Assembly (NCBI GenBank): GCA_021777565.1
Contig: JAJYDJ010000002.1
Location: forward strand, 133,082 to 197,081
Origin: a bacterium
Lineage (GTDB): Bacteria > Patescibacteriota > Microgenomatia > Levybacterales > UBA12049
Length of the DNA stretch: 64,000 bases
Direction: 5' to 3'
A program made the position numbers and the translations under genes. Below, piece by piece: positions 1 through 8,325 of this stretch (positions are counted from its first letter, which is position 1; every line of letters starts with the position of its first letter). The notes beneath the pieces were generated by a model. The model was not told where the DNA came from, made no database searches, and worked only from the letters and a program-made list of their open reading frames with translations.

Positions 1-1
1 T

Positions 2-232
2 CTGTCTGATAGATTAAAGAAAAGACTGCAAAACCAAGAAGAAATTCTTGATGGAAGTTCCGAAGAGAAGGCACTTCGTGCAACAGTTATTGTTGTTGGT
101 GAGTATATAGCTAAGAAAATGAATTTGCCCGAGGCAAGTATCGATAGGCTTTTATGGGAACTGTCTCAAGAGATGGCAAGTGAAGGGGAATTACCTATCC
201 CACACATGCTTGTCGCTACTGATAAGTACTAA
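2..232 (+). CDS. 3' end of an unidentified CDS (partial; ...IDRLLWELSQEMASEGELPIPHMLVATDKY*)
   Basis: An open frame runs from the window edge to a TAA at about 230-232. It is convergent with the nuclease gene. No recognisable domain in the 76 aa visible. Confidence 0.3.
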   Translation: MSDRLKKRLQNQEEILDGSSEEKALRATVIVVGEYIAKKMNLPEASIDRLLWELSQEMASEGELPIPHMLVATDKY

Positions 233-1095
233 AGAATCACACTGTCATCTTCGTCTGTCCTGACATTTGGGATCACGTAAATATCTTGTCTAAAGTTATT
301 CTCTCCAACAAATTCTGCCTCTCCTCGAAGCACTTTCTCATATGGCTCACAATGACTGCAGCCCCCGGTTTTACAGGTCAGTTTATTGAGTTTCCTCATC
401 AACTGAATCTCCCTGGCAATTTTCATGATAGTCTCATGTGCTTGCTGTGGATCGGGAAGCGCTGTCTCAACCATCCCATCGGGAAGACTAAGATACCAAT
501 AACTTGCTTTTGTGACAGTACGTTTTTGGGTATTCATGACAAGAAGAAGATAGATTGGGAGTTGCAGTGAATCAACATTCTCCTGTTTTGTGCGATTAGT
601 CTTAAAATCAATAATGTGGACGCTGTCACTTTCTCCCAAATATTCTAACCAGTCAATTTTCCCACAAAGAATGATGCCTTCGGTTTCTGAGATAAAGTAA
701 TGAGGAAGATCTTCTTTAATTTTCACAGACAGTTTCTTTAAGGGGCCTGGATTATTGAATACATTGGCGAGCATATCAATGCCTCTTTGTTTTGTTGTTT
801 CTTCAAGGTCTTGGCTGAAAAATCCACCTTTTCGTCCACTCACTTTCTCCCACGCATGCTCGAATCTGGCCAACAGTGGCTCATCAAAGCGTTTCTCAAC
901 CGGGAGGACAGAAAGGGATTCCAGGACTTCGTGAATAGCTGTCCCAAGCGAGAGGCTTGGTGCGGTAATCTGTAATTTGTGTCCTGTTTTTGGATCTTTA
1001 TAGACATCATGGAGGTAGTAGAGTCGTGGACACTTTAAGTAGTTAGAAATTGAACTATGAGAAAGCCAGAGAGCGCTAAATTTATCGATTGCCAT
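229..1095 (-). CDS. PD-(D/E)XK superfamily nuclease, Cas4/RecB-like with a 4-Cys (Fe-S type) cluster
   Basis: The N-terminus reads LSHSSISNYLKCPRLYYL. Nuclease motifs GKIDWLE, IIDFKTN and QLPIYLL are present. The C-terminus has CKTGGCSHC, which together with the N-terminal Cys resembles the Cas4/AddB-type 4-Cys arrangement. Confidence 0.7.
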   Translation of the reverse strand: MAIDKFSALWLSHSSISNYLKCPRLYYLHDVYKDPKTGHKLQITAPSLSLGTAIHEVLESLSVLPVEKRFDEPLLARFEHAWEKVSGRKGGFFSQDLEETTKQRGIDMLANVFNNPGPLKKLSVKIKEDLPHYFISETEGIILCGKIDWLEYLGESDSVHIIDFKTNRTKQENVDSLQLPIYLLLVMNTQKRTVTKASYWYLSLPDGMVETALPDPQQAHETIMKIAREIQLMRKLNKLTCKTGGCSHCEPYEKVLRGEAEFVGENNFRQDIYVIPNVRTDEDDSVIL

Positions 1096-1137
1096 GCCCC
1101 CAGTATAACATAGGGTAAGTGGTGGGCAAGTAGGGAG

Positions 1138-1665
1138 TTAGGGAACATTACACACAATACCTTTTTGTAGTTTGTGAATATTATAGGCGGCCGTAATACA
1201 CAGGAGGAGTGTAGAAAGAAACATGATATCTGTATTGTGAGTGACAAAAAAAGTAGCCCCCGCAGAACTTCCCAGAAGTGCAATAAGAGAGAAACCGCAT
1301 GAGGTACACCCGCTATTTACCAGAGCGAGCATACCAATCCCTCCGACAGACCAGGTCGTTTTACCGACCCTTTCAAGCTGCAAGATAACTTCAATAACAA
1401 GGGCAAGGTTAATACCAGTAAGAAGGGCAGTTACCCAGAAAAGGACTTCCCCAAAAAGATCATGGGGCATCCAGTGGCTCATTAGAATTTGAAAAATAAC
1501 AGATGCTTTTACACTTAGAGTCGTGTGAAGTGTCAGTGCGTTAGTACTGATCCGCCAGGTAGCAATAACCGCAGCAAGAAAAACAAAAATGAAGCTTAAT
1601 ACACAAGCCATCACATAAAAACGAGTGGCTAACACAGTTGGGAGCTTCATGAGATAGTGTTTCAT
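1138..1665 (-). CDS. polytopic membrane protein with an intramembrane CTSC (CxxC) motif, function unknown
   Basis: Five or six hydrophobic helices, with GCTSCG inside one helix. The ORF-track start at 1758 overlaps the divergent dehydrogenase gene. The internal Met at 1665 (RMKHYLMK) is preferred, and a TACTCT -10-like box sits just upstream on the minus strand. Confidence 0.5.
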   Translation of the reverse strand: MKHYLMKLPTVLATRFYVMACVLSFIFVFLAAVIATWRISTNALTLHTTLSVKASVIFQILMSHWMPHDLFGEVLFWVTALLTGINLALVIEVILQLERVGKTTWSVGGIGMLALVNSGCTSCGFSLIALLGSSAGATFFVTHNTDIMFLSTLLLCITAAYNIHKLQKGIVCNVP

Positions 1666-1724
1666 CCTCTGTAGAGTATCCCAAATCTGGACAGAGTACG
1701 TCAACGAGCGTACAATAAAAACAT

Positions 1725-2741
1725 ATGGCAAAGATCTTGTGCTTTGAGGCAGATTCATGGGAGCAAGAGGCGCTGACGCAAGGGTTAACAGGTCATGAGG
1801 TCGTATTTATTTCTGAGCCACTCAGTGTGGAAACTTCGCTGACACCAGAACAGCTTCAGGCTGAAGTCATCTGTACTTTTATCTACTCACAAATTACAAA
1901 AGAAGTTATAGAGAAATTCCCGCAACTCAAGCTTATCGTTACTCGTTCAACAGGCTTTGATCATATCGATCTCGCTGCTGCAAAAGAAAAAAATATCGTA
2001 GTGAGTAATGTCCCCAAGTATGGTATTCATACAGTTTCTGAACACACCTGGGCACTTTTGTTAGCATTGTCTCGTAAAATTATCCCATCAGTTGAACACA
2101 CCAAGAAAGGAAATTTCTTACTTGAAGGGTTGGCTGGTGTTGACCTGTTTGGCAAGACTCTTGGGGTAGTTGGGACAGGAAATATTGGGGCTGTGGTTGC
2201 AGAATATGGGATTGCTTTTGGTATGAAAGTTGTTGCATACAACAGAAGTCCAAGACCAGAGTTGGTTGCAAAAGGAGTGCAGTATGTGACTTTTGAAGAG
2301 CTTTTGGGACAATCAGATTTTATCTCGTTCCATCTTCCTTTAACTGCTGAGACCAATCATCTGTTGAATATGCAAAATATGCATCTGGTGAAAAAAGGCG
2401 CATTTATTATCAATGCTTCTCGTGGGGCAGTTATCGAGACAGAAGCGCTTGTAGAGCTCTTGCAACAGAAAGTTGTTCGCGCGGCAGGCCTTGATGTACT
2501 GGAAGGTGAGTGTGAAATTCATGAAGAAAGAGAGCTCCTCTCAGAAAAGTTCCTTGCAAACTGTGATATGAAGACACAACTCCTGGATCATCAACTTCTC
2601 ATGCGTGATGATGTCATTATTACGCCTCATAATGCATTCCATTCAGAGGAGAGTATTAAGGCAATCGCACAAACCTCAATAGAGGATATAACCAGCTTTT
2701 TGGCAGGTACACCTCAGAACCAGGTGGTGGTAGAGAAGTAA
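1725..2741 (+). CDS. D-isomer-specific 2-hydroxyacid dehydrogenase (D-lactate/phosphoglycerate dehydrogenase family), NAD-binding
   Basis: GKTLGVVGTGNIGAVVAEYGIAFGMKVVAYNR is a Rossmann GxGxxG motif. Catalytic R/E/H region (ASRGAVIETEALVELL...ITPHNAF) is present. TACAAT lies 8 nt upstream of the ATG. Confidence 0.8.
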   Translation: MAKILCFEADSWEQEALTQGLTGHEVVFISEPLSVETSLTPEQLQAEVICTFIYSQITKEVIEKFPQLKLIVTRSTGFDHIDLAAAKEKNIVVSNVPKYGIHTVSEHTWALLLALSRKIIPSVEHTKKGNFLLEGLAGVDLFGKTLGVVGTGNIGAVVAEYGIAFGMKVVAYNRSPRPELVAKGVQYVTFEELLGQSDFISFHLPLTAETNHLLNMQNMHLVKKGAFIINASRGAVIETEALVELLQQKVVRAAGLDVLEGECEIHEERELLSEKFLANCDMKTQLLDHQLLMRDDVIITPHNAFHSEESIKAIAQTSIEDITSFLAGTPQNQVVVEK

Positions 2742-2744
2742 CGT

Positions 2745-4328
2745 ATGGAAAGCACACCGCAACAAGCAAGTCTTACCCATCTCTCCTTGGCGCTCATTCA
2801 CGCGTTTAGTCAGAAATCTATTGAAAGTGATGAAGAGAAGATCACTGTTAATAGACTTGTCTCGGAAATTGCTTCTTGGTATGAAAAACTGCGCAATTCA
2901 ATGGAGCTCTCTGACGACAGTGTTATATTGCGTAATGCCATTGAGCGCATTTTAAAACGAAGACTGCTTTTGGGGGGGACAGGTGAAAAGATTGCTGAAC
3001 CGCTTCTTAGAGAGCTTATTTGGGCACGATATTTCCCTGATAATTCCTTGCCCGAGAGGTTAATCAATGAAGTAGCAGGAACGATTGATATCTTTTTGGA
3101 CCTCAAGCATAAAACGCTTGAAAAGCACCACATCTCAGAAATCATGGTCAATGATTGGATTTTGAACTTACTCTCTTCACAAATTTCTCTGACCTTAGTT
3201 CCGAATAAAGAACGTCAGGCAATGAATAACTTTATGTACCACATCCTGTCTCAAGGGGTAGAGATAGAGGATGACACAGAGGAAACAAAAAATGTTCAAG
3301 TGTTCCTTGCAGTCAGACGATCCTTTGCAAAGGATGACCGGGCTTTTTTGCGATACTATTTATTCTTACAACTTTTCCCTGAGTTTGATAGGTCACACGT
3401 AGGAGAAGTGGCCGCAGCATTCCCAAAAGCAATAGCCGAAATTACCAGACAGCTAGAGTATCCATTAAAAGAAAAAATTCTTATCCGCGTGAAACGATTA
3501 ACACCAATCTTTACGATTCTTTTTGATGTTTTGGAGAAATATCATGGCAAGATTACCCCCCTTCTCTCCCAACCTGATAGTTTTGCAAAAGCAGTTTTTG
3601 AAGCATGTGACGTTCGATATACAGAGATTAAAGCACGCGTACAACGCACTATTGTCAGAAGTATTATTTTCTTGATCTTAACTAAAGTCGCCTTTGCTTT
3701 TGCCATCGAGGGGACATATGACGTGTATATGTATGGATCGATCCAAATGAAAGAGCTGATCATCAATATCATTGCACCGCCGCTTCTGATGATTATTGCC
3801 AGCTTCTTTATCAAGACCCCTGGAACTGAAAATAGTCGTAAGATTCTTCAAAAAATTACTCAGGTACTTTTTGAAGAGAAGCCGCGACTATTACCAGTGC
3901 TGCGAATTCGCTTGAAGAGGCAGTCAAAAAATCCATTAATGACAACTATATTTGCTGTCCTTTGGCTTGCTACGTTTGGCTTGAGCTTTGGACTTATTCT
4001 TTGGGGACTTGATAAGTTAAACTTTAACCCGGTAAGCCAGATTGTATTCATCTTCTTTATCACGATTGTTTCATTCCTGGCCTATCGTATTATGATTATT
4101 GCAAGAAGTTACACCATTGAAGTGACGCAAGGTGTTCTGACCCCAATTGTCGACTTACTCTTTATTCCAGTCGTAAAGATCGGCATGCGCCTGACTGATG
4201 GTATTTCACAAATTAACCCATTTGTACTCTTGTTTGATTTCCTCATTGAGGCGCCGTTTAAGACAATCTTTGGATTTTTTGAGCAACTTTTCTCATACCT
4301 TCACACCAAGAGAGAAGAGCTCGAGTAA
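2745..4328 (+). CDS. hypothetical protein with a cytoplasmic N-terminal domain (~300 aa) and a C-terminal 4-helix membrane domain
   Basis: Long ORF, tightly packed after the dehydrogenase gene. Hydrophobic helices at residues ~300-470. No recognisable catalytic motif. Confidence 0.6.
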   Translation: MESTPQQASLTHLSLALIHAFSQKSIESDEEKITVNRLVSEIASWYEKLRNSMELSDDSVILRNAIERILKRRLLLGGTGEKIAEPLLRELIWARYFPDNSLPERLINEVAGTIDIFLDLKHKTLEKHHISEIMVNDWILNLLSSQISLTLVPNKERQAMNNFMYHILSQGVEIEDDTEETKNVQVFLAVRRSFAKDDRAFLRYYLFLQLFPEFDRSHVGEVAAAFPKAIAEITRQLEYPLKEKILIRVKRLTPIFTILFDVLEKYHGKITPLLSQPDSFAKAVFEACDVRYTEIKARVQRTIVRSIIFLILTKVAFAFAIEGTYDVYMYGSIQMKELIINIIAPPLLMIIASFFIKTPGTENSRKILQKITQVLFEEKPRLLPVLRIRLKRQSKNPLMTTIFAVLWLATFGLSFGLILWGLDKLNFNPVSQIVFIFFITIVSFLAYRIMIIARSYTIEVTQGVLTPIVDLLFIPVVKIGMRLTDGISQINPFVLLFDFLIEAPFKTIFGFFEQLFSYLHTKREELE

Positions 4329-4389
4329 CAGTTTGTATTACTTTGACCCCTTGATTAAATGTCTCTGTGAGGTGTACAACTAATACGCT

Positions 4390-4713
4390 ATGGCATATAA
4401 AACAGTAACTGACGCCACCTTCCAATCAGACGTTCTCAAATCACCAACTCCAGTTGTCGTTGATTTCTGGGCTCCTTGGTGTGGCCCCTGCCGCATTGTT
4501 GGCCCTATCATTGAGCAGCTTGCTGAAGAATATGGTGACAAAGTTGTTGTCGCAAAAATTGATGTAGATGAAAATCCTCAAACTGCTTCTCAATACGGGG
4601 TCATGAGCATCCCAACAATTGCCTTCTTCAAAGGAGGACAACCAGTGAAAACAGTGATTGGCGCACAGCCAAAAGAAGTTCTCAAGAAAGCAATTGACGA
4701 ATTGCTTGGTTAA
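4390..4713 (+). CDS. trxA: thioredoxin
   Basis: WAPWCGPCR active site in a 107-aa protein. Confidence 0.92.
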   Translation: MAYKTVTDATFQSDVLKSPTPVVVDFWAPWCGPCRIVGPIIEQLAEEYGDKVVVAKIDVDENPQTASQYGVMSIPTIAFFKGGQPVKTVIGAQPKEVLKKAIDELLG

Positions 4714-4732
4714 GCTTCACAATACAGTCAGT

Positions 4733-5644
4733 ATGTACGATATCCTTATTATTGGTTCTGGACCTTCTGGTTTAACTGCTGCCATTTATGCGACCCGTGC
4801 AGGCCTTAAGACATTGGTTATTGCTGGTGTCCCCTGGGGTGGTCAACTGCAATTGACGACAGAGGTAGAAAACTTCCCGGGATTTCCTGATGGCATTTTG
4901 GGGCCAGAGCTCATGAACAATATGCGCAAACAGGCAGAGAAGTTTGGAACAGAGTTTGTTGATGCGGCAATGGACCCTACTGATTTCTCAACTCAAAAAG
5001 GGACGTTTACTGTTACAGCAGATGGGAAGACATATCAGGGGAGAGCAGTGTTAATTGCAACCGGTGCCGATGCGAAGACAATTGGAGTAGACGGAGAGAA
5101 AGAGCTGACAGGACATGGTATTTCTTACTGTGCTACTTGTGATGGTGCCTTTTTCCGTAACAAAAATATTATTGTTGTGGGAGGCGGGGATAGTGCGATG
5201 GAAGAAGCACTGTTTTTAACAAACTTTGCATCTAGCGTAACGATAGTGCATAGAAGAGATGAATTTAAAGCGTCACAAATTATGCTCGAAAGAGCAAAAC
5301 AGCACCCCAAGATTAAAATCCTCACAAACAAGCAAATCGTCAAAGTAGAAGGACAGGGGAGAGTTGAAGGGGTTGTACTAAAAGACACGGTAAGTGGGGT
5401 AGAGGAGCCTATGGCAATTGATGGCATTTTTGTAGCAATCGGACATCAACCAAATAGTAAGGTATTTCAAGGAGTTACGGTCAATGAAACAGGCTATGTA
5501 CAAGCGATGCATGGGACAAATACGAATATTGAAGGAGTTTTTGTAGCAGGGGATGTACAGGACGATCACTATCGCCAAGCAATCACCGCGGCAGGATTTG
5601 GTGCTATGGCTGCTATCGATATAGAGAAGTGGCTAAGAAAGTAG
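4733..5644 (+). CDS. trxB: thioredoxin-disulfide reductase
   Basis: MYDILIIGSGPSGLTAAIYA (FAD GxGxxG), CATCDG redox-active disulfide and a GGGDSAMEEA NADPH site. The ORF-track start at 4658 overlaps trxA, so the internal Met at 4733 is preferred. Confidence 0.9.
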   Translation: MYDILIIGSGPSGLTAAIYATRAGLKTLVIAGVPWGGQLQLTTEVENFPGFPDGILGPELMNNMRKQAEKFGTEFVDAAMDPTDFSTQKGTFTVTADGKTYQGRAVLIATGADAKTIGVDGEKELTGHGISYCATCDGAFFRNKNIIVVGGGDSAMEEALFLTNFASSVTIVHRRDEFKASQIMLERAKQHPKIKILTNKQIVKVEGQGRVEGVVLKDTVSGVEEPMAIDGIFVAIGHQPNSKVFQGVTVNETGYVQAMHGTNTNIEGVFVAGDVQDDHYRQAITAAGFGAMAAIDIEKWLRK

Positions 5645-5735
5645 GGAAGGGAAAGAGTAGGCTTCTGTAGAGTAAGGAAACCAGCATATACCCTCATTTG
5701 ATATAGTTTGTTATCGTTCTCCTCTGCTCAATCGC

Positions 5736-5764
5736 TTGACAGCATATCAGTGTACTAGTATAGT
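5736..5764 (+). promoter_or_regulatory. sigma70-like promoter TTGACA-17-TATAGT followed by an AGGAG SD for the TrpR-like gene
   Basis: TTGACA at ~5736, a 17-nt spacer, TATAGT at ~5759, then caaAGGAGtatcatATG at 5782. Confidence 0.5.
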
Positions 5765-5781
5765 AGACAAAGGAGTATCAT

Positions 5782-6030
5782 ATGAATGAACTTGAAGATT
5801 TGATCAAAGAGGTCCAGTGGGCACAGAAAAACCAACAACTTGAGAACCTGTTAGAAGGTTTACTGACACCAGCTGAAATTCGAGAATTTTCACAACGACT
5901 TGAAATTATTAAGCTTTTGAAAAAAGGAATCCCACAACACGAAATTGCTGCACGACTGAAAGTCGGTGTCGCGACAGTGAGTCGTGGGGCGAAGGAAATT
6001 CTGTTGGGTCGGTTCGAGACAGTAAGCTAG
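5782..6030 (+). CDS. TrpR-like protein, YerC/YecD family (Trp repressor-like HTH)
   Basis: An 82-aa protein. LLTPAEIREFSQRLEIIKLLKKGIPQHEIAARLKVGVATVSRG matches the YerC/YecD TrpR-like family pattern. Confidence 0.7.
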   Translation: MNELEDLIKEVQWAQKNQQLENLLEGLLTPAEIREFSQRLEIIKLLKKGIPQHEIAARLKVGVATVSRGAKEILLGRFETVS

Positions 6031-6050
6031 CGATCTGATACAATACGCGT

Positions 6051-6440
6051 ATGATTACTATTGACGATTTTGCAAAAGTTGAAGTCAGAGTGGGTACTCT
6101 TCTGGAAGTTACTAAAGTTCCAGAAGCGGATCGACTGTTGCAGCTGATTTTTGACTTTGGTCCCCTCCCTGCAGAGCCACTGGAGATTGAACTGTTACCA
6201 GAGTTGACAGAAAAATATCCAGGTCGACAGGTGAGGCAAATTATGTCTGCAATTGCAGGATTCTTCCCAGATCCATCTGTGCTTGTTGGTAAACAAATTG
6301 CCGTCTGTACCAATCTTGAGCCCAGAAAATTTAAAGGATATGTCTCTCAGGGCATGATCTTGGCTCTTGGCGATGAAGAGACAGGACTGAGTCTACTCAT
6401 CCCTGAAAAACCAGTTGAACCAGGTGCAAAATTACACTAA
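6051..6440 (+). CDS. tRNA-binding domain protein (CsaA/Trbp111/EMAP-II-like OB fold)
   Basis: Opens with DFAKVEVRVGTLLEVTKVPEADRLLQLIFDFG, as in the tRNA-binding domain of MetRS C-termini and CsaA. TGaTACAAT lies 6 nt upstream of the ATG. Confidence 0.7.
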   Translation: MITIDDFAKVEVRVGTLLEVTKVPEADRLLQLIFDFGPLPAEPLEIELLPELTEKYPGRQVRQIMSAIAGFFPDPSVLVGKQIAVCTNLEPRKFKGYVSQGMILALGDEETGLSLLIPEKPVEPGAKLH

Positions 6441-6443
6441 TTT

Positions 6444-7442
6444 ATGAAAAAAAGAATATTAACGGGAGATACGCCTACTGGCAAATTGCATATCGGGCAT
6501 TATGTTGGAACACTGAAAAATCGTGTTGCCCTGCAAGATGAATATGAAGAATTTATTATCCTTGCTGATACCCATGCCTTGTCAACATTAAGTGGGAATC
6601 CTCGAGTTATTCAAGGACATACTCTCTCTGTTCTTCTTGCAAACTTGGCAGTAGGCCTTGACCCTGAAAAAGTGCATTTCTTTGCGGAGTCATTAATCCC
6701 AGAAATTTATGAAATGGCTGCAATCTTTTCAATGTATGTGTCTCATAACCGCGCACTGCGCAATCCAACAGTAAAAGATGAAATCACGATGAAAGGGCTT
6801 GGAGACCGGTTTAGTCTTGGGTTTGTGAACTATCCAATTTTCCAAGCTGCAGATATTCTTTGTGTCAAAGCAGATTTAGTCCCTGTTGGGAAAGATCAAG
6901 AGGCTCACATTGAACAAACTCGAGAATTGGCTCGTGAAATGAATAGGATCGCTGGGAGTGAAGTTTTCCCAGAACCAGAGGGGCTTATTGGTGAAATTGG
7001 TAAATTGGTTGGTACTGATGGAAATCCCAAAATGGGTAAAAGTCTCGGGAATACGATCTACTTAGGAGCGACTACTGATGAGATAAAAGAAAAAGTAATG
7101 AGCATGTATACTGACCCCAATCGTATTCATGCAAGCGACCCCGGAAAAGTAGAAGGGAATCCCGTATTTATTTACTTAGATGCGTTTAAGACGCCTGAGG
7201 ATGAAGAGCAAATAGCTCAGTTCAAACAAGCCTATACACAAGGCCATGTGGGAGATGTGGAAGTCAAAACATATTTGGTCGGCGTATTGGATCGTTTTAT
7301 GGCACCTATTAGAGAGCGAATGGAGAAATATAATAATGAAAAGTTACTCCTTGAAATTTTGCATGCAGGTTCCAAAACGACACAGGGAGAAGCACAAAAA
7401 AACCTTGAAGAAGTTAAAAAAATTATTGGATTTGTTTATTAA
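6444..7442 (+). CDS. trpS: tryptophan--tRNA ligase
   Basis: TGDTPTGKLHIGHYVG (HIGH motif), KMGKS (KMSKS), 332 aa. Confidence 0.92.
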   Translation: MKKRILTGDTPTGKLHIGHYVGTLKNRVALQDEYEEFIILADTHALSTLSGNPRVIQGHTLSVLLANLAVGLDPEKVHFFAESLIPEIYEMAAIFSMYVSHNRALRNPTVKDEITMKGLGDRFSLGFVNYPIFQAADILCVKADLVPVGKDQEAHIEQTRELAREMNRIAGSEVFPEPEGLIGEIGKLVGTDGNPKMGKSLGNTIYLGATTDEIKEKVMSMYTDPNRIHASDPGKVEGNPVFIYLDAFKTPEDEEQIAQFKQAYTQGHVGDVEVKTYLVGVLDRFMAPIRERMEKYNNEKLLLEILHAGSKTTQGEAQKNLEEVKKIIGFVY

Positions 7443-7480
7443 AGAGTGGACATCTTCCCTCAGTTTGTTATGATTGCCCC

Positions 7481-8293
7481 ATGCAATTAACGTCACAAGA
7501 AATTACTGCATTCCAAAAAAAGATTTTAGAATGGTACGAAAAAAATCAGCGTTCACTCCCCTGGCGTCATAACCGTGACCCCTATAGAATTCTCATTTCA
7601 GAAGTTATGCTTCAACAGACCCAAGTTGCGCGGGTCATAGAGAAGTACCAATTGTGGATGCACTCCTTCCCTACCATTCAGGAATTAGCGAACGCATCAA
7701 CTCGAGATGTTCTGTCTCACTGGTCAGGTTTGGGTTATAACAGGCGTGCGCTATTTCTTCACCGGTTGGCAAAAGAGCTTGTTGAAACATACGATGGTAA
7801 ATTTCCGGAGAGTGAGAAGGTATTGTTGTCTCTCCCTGGAATTGGCAAATACACGGCGCGTGCATTACTGTGTTTTGCTTTTGACCAGCAAATTGCAGTG
7901 GTTGATACGAACATTAAAAAGATCATTTTAACGCAATTTCCTCAAGCAAAAGACGTTTCAGAGAGAGAGATTGAAGAGATTGCCGGAAGTTTACTACCTG
8001 AGGGGAAAGCCTATGAATGGAATCAGGCGCTTATGGATTATGCCAGTATGGAATTGAAAAATATTGCTCATCCACGAGTTGCAAAACAGAAGCCGTTTCA
8101 ACAATCGGACAGACTCTATAGAGGGGAAATACTACGCATTCTTTTAAAAAATTCATCCTTGTCAGAGAATGATCTCTATCGGGAAGTCTGTAAGAAAAAA
8201 GAGGTAGAACGTACGCGTTTTGAACGTATTCTCTCTGGAATGGTACGTGAAGATTTACTCAAGAGACAGGGGCAAATGATAGCTATTATCTAG
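7481..8293 (+). CDS. HhH-GPD base-excision DNA glycosylase (MutY/endonuclease III family)
   Basis: WRHNRDPYRILISEVMLQQTQVARV and LPGIGKYTARALLCFAF form a helix-hairpin-helix GPD motif. TGtTATGAT lies 6 nt upstream of the ATG. Confidence 0.75.
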   Translation: MQLTSQEITAFQKKILEWYEKNQRSLPWRHNRDPYRILISEVMLQQTQVARVIEKYQLWMHSFPTIQELANASTRDVLSHWSGLGYNRRALFLHRLAKELVETYDGKFPESEKVLLSLPGIGKYTARALLCFAFDQQIAVVDTNIKKIILTQFPQAKDVSEREIEEIAGSLLPEGKAYEWNQALMDYASMELKNIAHPRVAKQKPFQQSDRLYRGEILRILLKNSSLSENDLYREVCKKKEVERTRFERILSGMVREDLLKRQGQMIAII

Positions 8294-8325
8294 CGAAGAT
8301 TCTCTGGAAATGGTATACTTTGCAC

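Noticed and set aside
8320-8325. ORF-track N-terminal extensions at non-ATG or upstream starts (8320 TTG for ftsH, 12314 TTG for pyrH, 17087 GTG for the small ORF, 4658 for trxB, 10160, 14378, 17314, 21061, 21919, 24250, 47947)
   Set aside because: Each extension overlaps the upstream gene or lacks the -10/SD context. The internal ATG matches the recurring -10-box-plus-6-nt pattern and the conserved protein N-termini.
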